DNA of 64,000 nt from Patescibacteria group bacterium (GTDB lineage: Bacteria; Patescibacteriota; Microgenomatia; Levybacterales; UBA12049). Below, piece after piece: positions 32,776-42,216 of this stretch (the stretch's first letter is position 1; each line of letters starts with the position of its first letter). The stretch is from the NCBI GenBank assembly GCA_035946335.1, contig DASYZL010000022.1, positions 401 through 64,400 on the forward strand, given 5' to 3'. The notes under the pieces were generated by a model that made no database searches, was not told where the DNA came from, and saw only the letters and a program-made list of their open reading frames with translations. Made by a program: the position numbers and the translations under genes.

Positions 32776-33743
32776 TATGCTTTTATTTTCTCCTCCAATG
32801 CCCCTTTTGTCAAAAGTCCGGTTTGTGCGCCAATATGCTCAATGACCGACGATGCATTTACCGATCCCCATACCATTGCTTCTTTTGTAGACATACCGCT
32901 TATATGTGCTCCTAAAAACCCTGTTGCGTACGCATCTCCTGCACCAGTTTTACCTTTGTATTCTTTAGGTTTTACCGCAGGTTGATGCATGAGGCTCCCC
33001 TGTTCATCCATGAAGAAAGAACCGTTTTCTCCGTCTGTCACACAAACCTTTTTTACTCCCATACGACATAATCTGAACAGTAGATTTGCTTCTTTTTCTT
33101 TTTTTTCTGCTGATACAACCGTCCCATAGAGAATCTTTTCCGCTTCTTCTTTGTTTACAAAGAGTATGTCAGTCTCTGCAAGCAAATCGGTAAAACTTTC
33201 TGAACCGTCAGCGAGTTGCTGCGTCCCAGGATTCAGCGCAAGAAGAACGTTATGCGCATGTTTATATGACAAAACCTGGCGATACAACGTTTTCCATTCT
33301 CTTCCTAAAGATGTCAGATAAATCCATTCTGTTTGCAGGGTATCCAGTGGAAATATATGATCCCTGGCAACGTGATGGACAAAAAGTGTCCGCTCTTGGT
33401 GAAGTTGCAAACCGACAGAAAACGTTGATTGAGCGCCTTCAGTTATTTTTGCATAATCTAGCGAAACTTGCTCTTTTTGCAATTCCTGCCGCATCTGTTT
33501 TGCAAATGCATCACTACCGAATTCCGCAATAAGTGTCGTAGCAAAACCAAGCCGTTTTAATCCAACGGCAAGATTACATGCATTGCCGCCAAGATAAAAT
33601 CCTGCAGTGTCAACAAGCACTTTGCTACCTGAAGTGAAACAAATTTCTTTTTTTTCTGTAGTAGCATCCGAAGAAACAGGAAGTGAGAGAGCAATATCCA
33701 TAATAACATCTCCTATTGCAGTGAGTATAAAATGCTGTTCCAC
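32775..33743 (-). CDS. PfkB-family carbohydrate kinase (ribokinase-like)
   Basis: GGNACNLAVGLKRLG near the N-terminus and TGAGDAYATGFL near the C-terminus. Confidence 0.8.
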   Translation of the reverse strand: MEQHFILTAIGDVIMDIALSLPVSSDATTEKKEICFTSGSKVLVDTAGFYLGGNACNLAVGLKRLGFATTLIAEFGSDAFAKQMRQELQKEQVSLDYAKITEGAQSTFSVGLQLHQERTLFVHHVARDHIFPLDTLQTEWIYLTSLGREWKTLYRQVLSYKHAHNVLLALNPGTQQLADGSESFTDLLAETDILFVNKEEAEKILYGTVVSAEKKEKEANLLFRLCRMGVKKVCVTDGENGSFFMDEQGSLMHQPAVKPKEYKGKTGAGDAYATGFLGAHISGMSTKEAMVWGSVNASSVIEHIGAQTGLLTKGALEEKIKA

Positions 33744-33820
33744 TCTTTCATGCTACAAGAAATAGTACACGGATACAAGAAGTGTCAGGAAATAATATGC
33801 TAAAATAGCAGTACCTTTCA

Positions 33821-35593
33821 ATGATAAAACGAATAACGTTTCTCATTTTTATTATACTGTTTTGTGTTTTTTCAATGTTTAAATATCTTCCCATAGGGAA
33901 TACTGATAGTATCAACTTAAATGATATCGGCAGTATTAACGATGAGCTGAGTAAACTTACCGTTGAACTGAATGACTCAATCAACGCAACCAGACCACTT
34001 CAATCACAGGTAAGTAACATGCAGTCTCAAATCGCCCAAATTAAAACACAAGTTTCCGGAATAGAAGCGGATGTCGCGAATAAACAAAAAACCATTGATG
34101 CGTCTTATAGGAACCTTGCGCAAAAAGAACAATTACTTAACCAAACAATCAGGGATTTCTATATTAAAAGCACCTATAATTCTCCTATTCTTATTTTGCT
34201 CTCTTCACAAAATGCCGCTGAATTAACACAGGTCCTTACCTATCAGCAGGTAGCAACGAATCAGGATAAAGCGGTTATTACCAACCTTGCATTATCGATT
34301 ACAGACCTTGAGCAGCAAAAAAAAGATTTACAGACAGAACAAACGCAACTCCTCGCGTTGAAAACGAACTTAGATGATCAATCTGCAAAACTTAATACAA
34401 TTATTCAGGGAGCGCAAGCGTATCAGGCAAGTTTAAGCAGTCAAATTGCCGAGTTATCCACCCGCCAGCAGGAATTGATTGCGCAAAAAGAACAAAGTTT
34501 AGGACTCCCAACCACTGCATATACGACAAGTGGTGGCTGTTCAAGTGACTTAACCAATGGTAAGGATCCCGGATTCAGCCCGAAGTTTGCAGCATTTACC
34601 TATGGTGTACCCCACAGGGTAGGAATGAGTCAATATGGAGCACTTGGTAGAGCAGAGGCAGGACAGAGTGATACAGATATTTTGAATGCGTACTTTGCAA
34701 ATAGTACGATAACCAATGTGGGCAGTGGTCAAAATATTACAGTGAATGGAACAAATGACTATGGTGAAACGTTCAGCAACCAGTCAATGAATGTCGAAGA
34801 TTATTTAAAACATATTTATGAGATGCCGAGCAACTGGCCATCAGAAGCATTAAAAGCGCAAGCAATTGCCGCGCGTTCCTTTATTATGCATGCTTTGTCT
34901 AGTGGACAAGCAACAGTTGCCCCAAATCAGAGTTTTCAGGAAGTAAAAACAGAGTTAAATGCGCAAGCATGGATTGACGCGGTGAATGCAACTGCAGGAC
35001 AAGTCATGGAATCCGGAGGTCAACCAATCGAAGCGTGGTTCTCTTCTACTGCCGGTGGTTATTTCCATAGCTCATCGGATCTTGGCTGGAGTAGTACATC
35101 ATATACCAAAACCGGTGTTGACGCCATAGGTTCTGTAAATAGTTTTACTGACCTGATAAATAACGCGTATGATGGTCCCGCGCATGCAAATTCTCCATGG
35201 TTTTATTGTGATTGGGGTTCACGCTCGCAATATGCTGGAACTGCGTGGTTGACATCCGGAGAACTTGCTGATATCGTCAATGTCATTCTCCTGGCTAAGA
35301 AAGACTCGTCAACGCAAACGCATTTAGCCCAAATTGACAAACCAAATCCTGATGGGGTTGATACGTGGGGAATGGACCAAGTCCGGCAGAAACTCGGTTT
35401 AGGAGCTTTTACGAACATATCAAGTATCTCTGTTTCTGCGGACTTTACCTCAGGACAGACAGCAACGGTTACGGTAACAGGAGACGGCGGGACGCAAACG
35501 TTTAGCGGGAGTGATTTTAAGAATTATTTCAATCTTCGTGCCCCATCTAATATCAATATTGTCGGTCCGTTGTATAATATCGAAGAACGTTAA
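33821..35593 (+). CDS. Secreted coiled-coil protein with C-terminal SpoIID/LytB domain
   Basis: N-terminal TM/signal, about 200 aa of coiled coil, then SpoIID-like EALKAQAIAARSF...TAGQVMESGGQPIEAWFSSTAGG. Confidence 0.65.
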   Translation: MIKRITFLIFIILFCVFSMFKYLPIGNTDSINLNDIGSINDELSKLTVELNDSINATRPLQSQVSNMQSQIAQIKTQVSGIEADVANKQKTIDASYRNLAQKEQLLNQTIRDFYIKSTYNSPILILLSSQNAAELTQVLTYQQVATNQDKAVITNLALSITDLEQQKKDLQTEQTQLLALKTNLDDQSAKLNTIIQGAQAYQASLSSQIAELSTRQQELIAQKEQSLGLPTTAYTTSGGCSSDLTNGKDPGFSPKFAAFTYGVPHRVGMSQYGALGRAEAGQSDTDILNAYFANSTITNVGSGQNITVNGTNDYGETFSNQSMNVEDYLKHIYEMPSNWPSEALKAQAIAARSFIMHALSSGQATVAPNQSFQEVKTELNAQAWIDAVNATAGQVMESGGQPIEAWFSSTAGGYFHSSSDLGWSSTSYTKTGVDAIGSVNSFTDLINNAYDGPAHANSPWFYCDWGSRSQYAGTAWLTSGELADIVNVILLAKKDSSTQTHLAQIDKPNPDGVDTWGMDQVRQKLGLGAFTNISSISVSADFTSGQTATVTVTGDGGTQTFSGSDFKNYFNLRAPSNINIVGPLYNIEER

Positions 35594-35597
35594 TGCT

Positions 35598-36302
35598 ATG
35601 CCGGATCTTTTTGTTTCCCAAACTGCTGCCCGTGACCCTCGGTTGCTGCAGGATGCAGGTATGAATACTGTCGAAACTTCTACGTTAGAGGGAGAAAATA
35701 TAATAGATAGTTCCCCTCCTTCTGTATCGACACCAGGAAATCCGCTGCATCTATTGACATCGTTTCGCGAAATGCCGGAAAAATTATCTTTTGAGACACA
35801 GGAAGATGATGAAACTATTCTCCTTTTTCTTCGCAGGCATATTATCACGAATATTCCTTGGATTGCAATGATTATCTTCTTCTCACTCTTACCTGTCCTT
35901 TTTCTTTTTGGTGTTGCAATGTCTGTTCCACCATTCTCCTTCTTTCCACAATCTTTTGTGCTTGTCTTAATAACGTTCTATTATCTCATCGTTATTTCCA
36001 TCGGGTTTGTCAACTTTATCACCTGGTATTATAATATTATGCTTTTGACGACAAAACGTGTTATCGATATTGAATTTACGGATCTTGTCTATAAAAATGT
36101 TGCGGAAACAAAAATTTCCCTTGTCCAAGATGTCAGCATTACCCAGATTGGCGTTATTCCTGCTTTATTTGATTATGGTAATGTACTTATTCAAACCGCC
36201 GGGAGCGCAGAAAACTTTGATTTTATTTCTATACCTAAGCCGGAACGTGTTGTTGCAATCGTTGAATCTCTCATTGGCAAGCGAAAGGAAAACCCGTTAT
36301 GA
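35598..36302 (+). CDS. Membrane protein with bacterial PH domain (YdbS/YdbT-like, bPH_2)
   Basis: Two TM helices followed by a PH-like beta-rich domain. Start placed at MPDLFV (35598) because the upstream part of the track ORF overlaps the previous gene. Confidence 0.55.
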   Translation: MPDLFVSQTAARDPRLLQDAGMNTVETSTLEGENIIDSSPPSVSTPGNPLHLLTSFREMPEKLSFETQEDDETILLFLRRHIITNIPWIAMIIFFSLLPVLFLFGVAMSVPPFSFFPQSFVLVLITFYYLIVISIGFVNFITWYYNIMLLTTKRVIDIEFTDLVYKNVAETKISLVQDVSITQIGVIPALFDYGNVLIQTAGSAENFDFISIPKPERVVAIVESLIGKRKENPL

Positions 36303-36535
36303 CACTCCCACTCTCTATATTATTTCAGGGTACAACGCTGTTATTTATTTCCAAAATTGGGGTATTAGTTGCAATTTTTTTCTTTATTTTTTTTCTTATT
36401 GTTGTATTGAGGCAAATACAATCCATGAATAAACTTATTTCTGATGCTGGTTTTTTTGTTGCGTTACAAGTGTTCTCTTATCTTCTCATCAGTATTGCTA
36501 TTACACTTTTTCTTGTAAGTATTGTTATACTATAA
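36299..36535 (+). CDS. Small hydrophobic protein (2 TM)
   Basis: 78 aa; ATGA overlap with the upstream gene; 4 bp from the downstream gene. Confidence 0.4.
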   Translation: MTLPLSILFQGTTLLFISKIGVLVAIFFFIFFLIVVLRQIQSMNKLISDAGFFVALQVFSYLLISIAITLFLVSIVIL

Positions 36536-36538
36536 CTG

Positions 36539-38269
36539 ATGATCAAACCATTACATGTTACTAAAATTGTTGCTTCGTCAACATACATCGCTTGGGCACA
36601 GGCATACCATGCCGGTGGACTAACTGCACTACTTGCGATAAAGAAAAAAGACAACGAAGAGCACGCCTCTCCTTCTCTTTCTATTATTGGCAAAGATTTG
36701 TTGAATACTTTTGAATCTGAGTATTTTACCCTTGAGACGAAAAACCTTAATTCTATCGGTAAAGCAGTTGAAACGACATATAATAAATCTGCAAAAACTC
36801 ATGAGATAACCTTAATTGTCGTGTCAAGCGTACAAAATGCCCTATACGTTTTTCTCGCAGGAAGTGGTAGTGTCCAGTTGTTGCGAAAAGGTAAGATGGG
36901 TGTACTTTTGGAGAAAAAAGCATCAGAAAGTGAAGAAATCCTTGCAGCTTCAGGTTTTTTGGAAGACCATGATGTTATCGTCCTGGAAACTGATGCATTT
37001 TCCAAAATTATTCCCTCAGATAATTTGTTTAAAACCTTATCAGAAAATGGTCTTGATGAAACAGCGGAGCTTTTATCCCCCAAAGTCCACGAAGTACAGG
37101 AAGGATCTGCAGCGGCACTTTTCTTTTCCTATAAAGAGGAGAAAAGTATGCTGGAACCATTGGAGAAATCAGAAGAAAAGAGGCAGGAAAAAATACCAGA
37201 TGAAATAATACAAAAAGCAACTCAACCATTACTACAATCTACCGATACCACTGAGTCAAAAAAAGAAAGAAAATCATTAACGCACCGGCAGAAACTATTT
37301 CTTTCCATTGCTGTTATTTTGATTCTTGTCCTTGCTGCAACGATTTATTTATCCCTCCAAAAAGCTCAAGAGGCAAAAACAGCAGCTGTTTTTAAAAGCA
37401 TCTATCCTCCTGCTCAACAAAAATATCAGGAAGGACAAAGTTTACTAAACCTCAATGCTGATGAAGCGCGCAGTGACTTTCAGCAGGCAATTTCACTCTT
37501 ACAAAATGGCAAAGGAAAATTTCCTGCAAACTCATCCCAGGAAAAGCAAATTGATGATTTGCTTGCAAAAGCGGAACAAGGCTTAATGAATACTTCCCAA
37601 GTCAACACGACGCAATTAGCAAAAATCGATAGTAGCGCAAATCCACTTCTCGCATTTGAGGGAAAACAGCATGCAACGTATGTTACTTCAGATAGCACAA
37701 ATTTCTATGTCGCAGACACGACTGGCATCACTCGCTATGATCAAAAAACAAATGCAAGTAAAATGATCATTAAAAATAGCTCTAATTGGAAAATAGTTGG
37801 CGGATTTGGAACGTACTTGGGAAATTTTTATCTTCTTGATAAGAATGGCGGGATTTTGAAGTATGTTTCTGCAGGAAGCACCTATTCGAGTACGTATTAT
37901 TTCGCTTCAGGCGTGAAACCTGATTTGTCTCATGCTGTTTCTCTTGCTATTGATGGGTCTATTTGGGTAGTAACGAGCGATGGATCTATACTGAAATTTA
38001 CCAAGGGAAATGAGGACACGTTTTCACTAATCGGGCTTGATAAACCATTTTCTGCTCCAAGCCATATTGTAACGTCAATAGATGACAGTAATGTCTATGT
38101 TTTGGATAATGGTAATTCCCGACTTGTTATCCTGGATAAAACAGGAAAATATATTGCACAATATCAATCACAGAGATTCAAACAGGCAACAGATATGACT
38201 GTTGATGAAAAAAACAAGAAAGTTGATGTACTTATTGGTAACGATATCTATGAATTGACCTTCAAATAA
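36539..38269 (+). CDS. Transmembrane protein: cytoplasmic degenerate PP2C-like domain, one TM, extracellular NHL/beta-propeller-like repeats
   Basis: PP2C-like ITLIVVSSVQNALYVFLAGSGSVQLLRKG with most metal-binding Asp replaced; TM LFLSIAVILILVLAATIYL; repeats such as NFYVADTTGITRYD and NVYVLDNGNSRLVILDK. Confidence 0.55.
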   Translation: MIKPLHVTKIVASSTYIAWAQAYHAGGLTALLAIKKKDNEEHASPSLSIIGKDLLNTFESEYFTLETKNLNSIGKAVETTYNKSAKTHEITLIVVSSVQNALYVFLAGSGSVQLLRKGKMGVLLEKKASESEEILAASGFLEDHDVIVLETDAFSKIIPSDNLFKTLSENGLDETAELLSPKVHEVQEGSAAALFFSYKEEKSMLEPLEKSEEKRQEKIPDEIIQKATQPLLQSTDTTESKKERKSLTHRQKLFLSIAVILILVLAATIYLSLQKAQEAKTAAVFKSIYPPAQQKYQEGQSLLNLNADEARSDFQQAISLLQNGKGKFPANSSQEKQIDDLLAKAEQGLMNTSQVNTTQLAKIDSSANPLLAFEGKQHATYVTSDSTNFYVADTTGITRYDQKTNASKMIIKNSSNWKIVGGFGTYLGNFYLLDKNGGILKYVSAGSTYSSTYYFASGVKPDLSHAVSLAIDGSIWVVTSDGSILKFTKGNEDTFSLIGLDKPFSAPSHIVTSIDDSNVYVLDNGNSRLVILDKTGKYIAQYQSQRFKQATDMTVDEKNKKVDVLIGNDIYELTFK

Positions 38270-38291
38270 CCTTCTTTTCTTTCCCTACTGC

Positions 38292-38741
38292 TTGCAGTAT
38301 TATGACTGTATGCAAATCTTCAATAAACGGGCATCATTTGATTATGCATTATATGAACGCATTGAGGCAGGCATCATGCTGACAGGCGCTGAAGTAAAAG
38401 CAGTTCGATTGGGTCATGCTGATTTGACAGGAAGCCATGTAAGAATTCTAGGGAATGAAGTATTTCTCATTAATGTGCACATATTCCCCTACCAATATAC
38501 ACGCTCAGAAAGTGGTAATGAAAGACGAAGCAGAAAACTGCTTTTACATAGAAAAGAAATCACTGCTTTGAGGTCAAAAATCGAAGGCCAAAACTTGACA
38601 ATTGTGCCCGTAAAGTTGTATACTTCAGGCAGGTTAATTAAAGCTGAATTAGCCTTAGCAAAAGGGAAAAAGCAGTACGAAAAAAGAGAGGGAAAGAAAC
38701 GGAAAGATTTGGAAAGAGAATTAGCACAAGATCTTTCATAA
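38292..38741 (+). CDS. smpB: SsrA-binding protein SmpB
   Basis: FDYALYERIEAGIMLTGAEVKAVRLG...ILGNEVFLINVHIFPY...LLLHRKEI. Confidence 0.9.
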   Translation: MQYYDCMQIFNKRASFDYALYERIEAGIMLTGAEVKAVRLGHADLTGSHVRILGNEVFLINVHIFPYQYTRSESGNERRSRKLLLHRKEITALRSKIEGQNLTIVPVKLYTSGRLIKAELALAKGKKQYEKREGKKRKDLERELAQDLS

Positions 38742-38779
38742 TCGGTATTCGCAATAAGATTTTTACAAGAAATTTTCTT

Positions 38780-39211
38780 GGGGATGAACTGATTCGACAG
38801 GATAAGCACATTAAAAACTGCAAGCCGACCATGATGCAAAGTCGTAAAAGTGTATCAAAAAGTAAGTGCTGATTTAAAAGCACAGGTTGCAGCTAAAAAA
38901 GCTGAGTATAAAGCGCTTGCCGCAGAATACGCAGCAATTATGGCTGCAAAGTTTGGGAACCTTAACTACGCATTCGCTGCGTAATAAATCCTAATCTGTC
39001 CTTTCTATCCTTTTCTCAGTGAGGTAGATTGGGCACAAAAACAGCTGAGAAACGGTAACAACACCTGGTTAGATTGTTATCTGAAATTATACCTGCGACA
39101 ACAATATTCCTGCCAATTGGAAAAGTTGCTGTCAAGATAAAAAAATTGGCTACGCTTGTAGAAGTTTATAATTTGGTTTCTTGGACTCCGGACCGTTCCC
39201 GGACATCTCCA
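38780..39211 (+). ncRNA. ssrA: tmRNA (SsrA)
   Basis: 5' GGGGAUGAACUGAUUCGACAGGAU (cf. E. coli GGGGCUGAUUCUGGAUUCGACGGGAU); tag frame ...GNLNYAFAA followed by UAAUAA; 3' end T-arm-like UCCGG-ACCGUUC-CCGGA then CAUCUCC-A pairing the 5' acceptor with G3:U70. Lies 39 nt after smpB. Confidence 0.8.
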
Positions 39212-39320
39212 CAAAAACTCTTGCCAATGGCTCCTGGTATTTCATGAAGCAAAATTGCTCCTGTTTTTAGGTAATTAAACAGCTCCTCTTCTATCCTTTT
39301 TATATATATCTCTGGAAAAA

Positions 39321-39905
39321 TTGCTTGCCATGCTCTATGATGACAACGTGGCAAAAATTTTTCTTTTCCGTCATGGTCAAACGAGTGACAATAAAGACAA
39401 AATTTTTTCGGGATGGCGTAATGTTGATTTAACGCCTGAAGGGGAAAAAGAGGCAGAAAAAATAGCTGGGAAGTTGCGCAGTGAAACACCAACGAAAGCC
39501 TATGCTTCAGACCTGATTCGCTCACAACATACATTACAAATTGTTTTAGCTTCTCATCCCCCTGTACCAACAGTCATAGATCCTCGGATTAAAGAACGCG
39601 ATTATGGAAATCTTACCGGCAAAAGTAAAACCGAACTAGAAGAAAAAGATCCAGTGCATTTCCAGTTGTGGCATCGCTCTTATAACACTCCTCCCCCTGG
39701 GGGCGAAAGTATTGCAATGGTGGAAAAACGGGTGATTGCGTTTTTGCAAGAAATGTTTAACGACATGAAGCAAAACGATTGTATTTTTATCTCAGCGCAT
39801 GGCAATTCTATCCGCCCGATGCGCAAACACTTCGAACATTTGAGCAATGAAGAGATGTGCTCGTATGAGTATGCTCCCGCAACTGTTTTCTCCTACACGG
39901 TATAA
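39321..39905 (+). CDS. Histidine phosphatase family protein (phosphoglycerate mutase-like)
   Basis: RHGQTSDNKDKIFSGWRNVDLTPEGE catalytic-His motif and the second His in SAHGNSIR. Confidence 0.75.
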   Translation: MLAMLYDDNVAKIFLFRHGQTSDNKDKIFSGWRNVDLTPEGEKEAEKIAGKLRSETPTKAYASDLIRSQHTLQIVLASHPPVPTVIDPRIKERDYGNLTGKSKTELEEKDPVHFQLWHRSYNTPPPGGESIAMVEKRVIAFLQEMFNDMKQNDCIFISAHGNSIRPMRKHFEHLSNEEMCSYEYAPATVFSYTV

Positions 39906-39927
39906 ATTTGCTATAATCGAGCAACTT

Positions 39928-40014
39928 GGAGGAGTCGCATAGCTGGTCCATTGCTTGAGTTCGCTAAACTCATGAGCTGTAAGGCTCGCGCAGGTTCGAA
40001 TCCTGTCTCCTCCG
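39928..40014 (+). tRNA. tRNA-Ser (anticodon GCT), class II
   Basis: Acceptor GGAGGAG/CTCCTCC, long variable arm GAGC-TGTAAG-GCTC, T-arm GCAGG-TTCGAAT-CCTGT, anticodon stem TGAGT/ACTCA, loop TCGCTAA. Confidence 0.65.
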
Positions 40015-40020
40015 CCCTAC

Positions 40021-40108
40021 GGAGAGATCGCATAGTGGTCGAGTGCATCGGTTTACTAAACCGACGAACAGTAATGTTCCGCGAGTTCGAATCTCGCTCT
40101 CTCCGCCA
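40021..40108 (+). tRNA. Class II (Ser-like) tRNA, apparent anticodon ACT, encoded CCA
   Basis: Acceptor GGAGAGA/TCTCTCC-G-CCA, variable arm GAACA-GTAA-TGTTC, T-arm GCGAG-TTCGAAT-CTCGC, anticodon stem TCGGT/ACCGA, loop TTACTAA. Confidence 0.6.
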
Positions 40109-40201
40109 GTGAATTATTAGCTTCATTATTGTTTGAATCCATACCCGTGCATCACAACAACTCTCAAACATTGGCGGAATAATACGCTCCCCTGTCCTGA
40201 C

Positions 40202-40212
40202 TGTGCTATACT
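40202..40212 (+). promoter_or_regulatory. Possible extended -10 promoter element upstream of ruvA
   Basis: TGTGCTATACT (TG-n-TATAcT) 15 bp upstream of the ruvA ATG. Confidence 0.25.
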
Positions 40213-40227
40213 AGGAAAACTTCAAGT

Positions 40228-40806
40228 ATGATTGGTCGCATCAGGGGTACAATTGTTTTCCGCAATGATCCATACCTTCTCATTGACGTGCATGGTATCG
40301 GTTATAAAGTATTTGCGTCTCATACTGTTTTGCAACATGCACTCCTTGAACAGGATGCGATTATTTTTACCTACACGCATGTTCGTGAAGACGGTATTGA
40401 GCTATATGGTTTTCACACGGCCTCTGATCTGCAACTATTTGAACAGTTCATTAGTATCTCAGGTATCGGTCCGAAAACTGCGATTGGTATTTTTACAATC
40501 GGCAAACGGGAAGAAATTATTCATGCAATTCAACAGGCAGATGTTGATTTTTTTACTGCAGTCCCCCGTTTGGGGAGAAAAAACGCGCAAAAACTTATCA
40601 TTGAGTTAAAAAATAAAGTCGGTGGTCTTACTGAACTCGATTTATCTTCTGAAACAGACAGGGAGAAAAAAGATATTATTACTGCTTTGATCAGTATGGG
40701 TTTTAGTGAAAAAGAAGCATATCTCGCGCTCAAGCAAATCGGAGACAGCGGAAAAAATGCAACGGAAAAAATAAAACGTGCACTGCAAATTCTTGGTAAC
40801 GTATGA
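40228..40806 (+). CDS. ruvA: Holliday junction DNA helicase RuvA
   Basis: [28 protein letters not shown]...[12 protein letters not shown]; 192 aa. Confidence 0.9.
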   Translation: MIGRIRGTIVFRNDPYLLIDVHGIGYKVFASHTVLQHALLEQDAIIFTYTHVREDGIELYGFHTASDLQLFEQFISISGIGPKTAIGIFTIGKREEIIHAIQQADVDFFTAVPRLGRKNAQKLIIELKNKVGGLTELDLSSETDREKKDIITALISMGFSEKEAYLALKQIGDSGKNATEKIKRALQILGNV

Positions 40807-41816
40807 AACAACGCGAGCAACCGCTTATTGCCATAACAAAAGACGAAGAAGTGTTATTACAAAATGTACGTGCAGCTGCATGGGATGAATTTATTGGGCA
40901 GGAGCAGACAAAAACAGCGATCTCTATTGCCATTCAAGCAGCAAAAAAACGAAACGAAGCGATTGAACATGTACTGCTCTACGGCCCGCCTGGACTTGGG
41001 AAAACAACCCTTTCCCACCTGATTGCAAAAGAAATGGGGGCAAGTATTAAAGTTACCAGCGGACCGGCAATTGAACGCGCAGGAGATCTTGCATCAATCC
41101 TTACTAATTTGCAAAAGGGCGATGTACTGTTTATCGATGAAATCCACCGGTTACACAAAATAGTTGAAGAGGTGTTGTATCCGGCAATGGAGGATTTTTG
41201 TCTTGATATTATTGTCGGAAAAGGGCCGGGAGCGAGAACGTTACGACTCGACCTGCCACAATTTACTCTGATTGGCGCAACAACACAGGCAGGGCGGATT
41301 TCCGGACCGTTACGGGACCGGTTTGGCGTTGTCCATCGTCTGACGTTTTATTCACAGGAAGAACTTGCATCCATCCTGAAACAAGCAGCAGTAAAATTAA
41401 ACGTTATGGCTGATAAAGAAAGTATTCAAGAACTGGCAAAGCGCTCACGGGGCACCCCTCGTATTGCCTTGAAATTATTAAAACGTTCACGGGATTATGC
41501 CCAGGTAAAAGGCTCTGGAACTATTACGATTACGTTAACGCAGGAAGCCCTGCGCCTTCTTGACGTTGATGAACTGGGTCTTGACGCTTCAGACAAACGC
41601 CTGCTGTTTGCGTTAATTGAAAAGTATCGGGGTGGACCGGTTGGGCTTGAAACACTCGCTGCAACCATTTCAGAGGATGTGCATACCATTGAGGAAGTGA
41701 TTGAACCGTACTTACTCCAAATTGGGTTTTTGCAAAAAACGCCTCGGGGACGTATCGCGACTGTCCTGGCACATAAACATTTTGGGAAAAACCTTCAAAA
41801 TCTCCCGCTTCTTTAG
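40803..41816 (+). CDS. ruvB: Holliday junction DNA helicase RuvB
   Basis: [28 protein letters not shown] and a winged-helix C-terminus; overlaps ruvA by 4 bp. Confidence 0.93.
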   Translation: MKQREQPLIAITKDEEVLLQNVRAAAWDEFIGQEQTKTAISIAIQAAKKRNEAIEHVLLYGPPGLGKTTLSHLIAKEMGASIKVTSGPAIERAGDLASILTNLQKGDVLFIDEIHRLHKIVEEVLYPAMEDFCLDIIVGKGPGARTLRLDLPQFTLIGATTQAGRISGPLRDRFGVVHRLTFYSQEELASILKQAAVKLNVMADKESIQELAKRSRGTPRIALKLLKRSRDYAQVKGSGTITITLTQEALRLLDVDELGLDASDKRLLFALIEKYRGGPVGLETLAATISEDVHTIEEVIEPYLLQIGFLQKTPRGRIATVLAHKHFGKNLQNLPLL

Positions 41817-42169
41817 AATATCCAATTTACCAAGTGCACATTAAAAAAGAAACCTATCACGTTGACGATTAAAAACGCCAGAAAAGCAAATGCAAGGCCA
41901 AATATCGTATAAGTAATAGAGCGTTTTGCTTTCTCAAGTTTTTCATTGTCTCCCCCGCTGGTCAGCCATATAAAACCATTATAGACCATATACATAAGAG
42001 CTATCAGCGTCACAGCGAGAAAAAGGAGAGTGATAAAACCGGAAATAACGGTAAATGCATTGAATTGTAAGTAACCAGGAAGCGGCAGTGTTTGACCATT
42101 AATTGAAAGGGGAGCTCCTCCTGTGTTCCCACTAGCTCCTCCACCAATAAGTGCCGCTAAAAGCTTCAT
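41813..42169 (-). CDS. Small membrane protein, VirB2/TrbC pilin-like (two hydrophobic helices flanking a short polar loop)
   Basis: [55 protein letters not shown] is paralogous to the C-terminal module of the 47354..48097 protein. Confidence 0.4.
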   Translation of the reverse strand: MKLLAALIGGGASGNTGGAPLSINGQTLPLPGYLQFNAFTVISGFITLLFLAVTLIALMYMVYNGFIWLTSGGDNEKLEKAKRSITYTIFGLAFAFLAFLIVNVIGFFFNVHLVNWIF

Positions 42170-42216
42170 ACATTCATGCTACCATGTTTTTTTAATAGTG
42201 AAAAGCTGGAGTTTCA

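Noticed and set aside
38489-38883. Two minus-strand ORFs (116 aa and 81 aa)
   Set aside because: They are antisense to smpB and the tmRNA 5' region.
39166-39570. 134-aa minus-strand ORF
   Set aside because: It overlaps the tmRNA 3' end and the start of the histidine-phosphatase gene; no motif recognised.
39911-40171. 86-aa minus-strand ORF
   Set aside because: It lies antisense across two well-formed tRNA genes.
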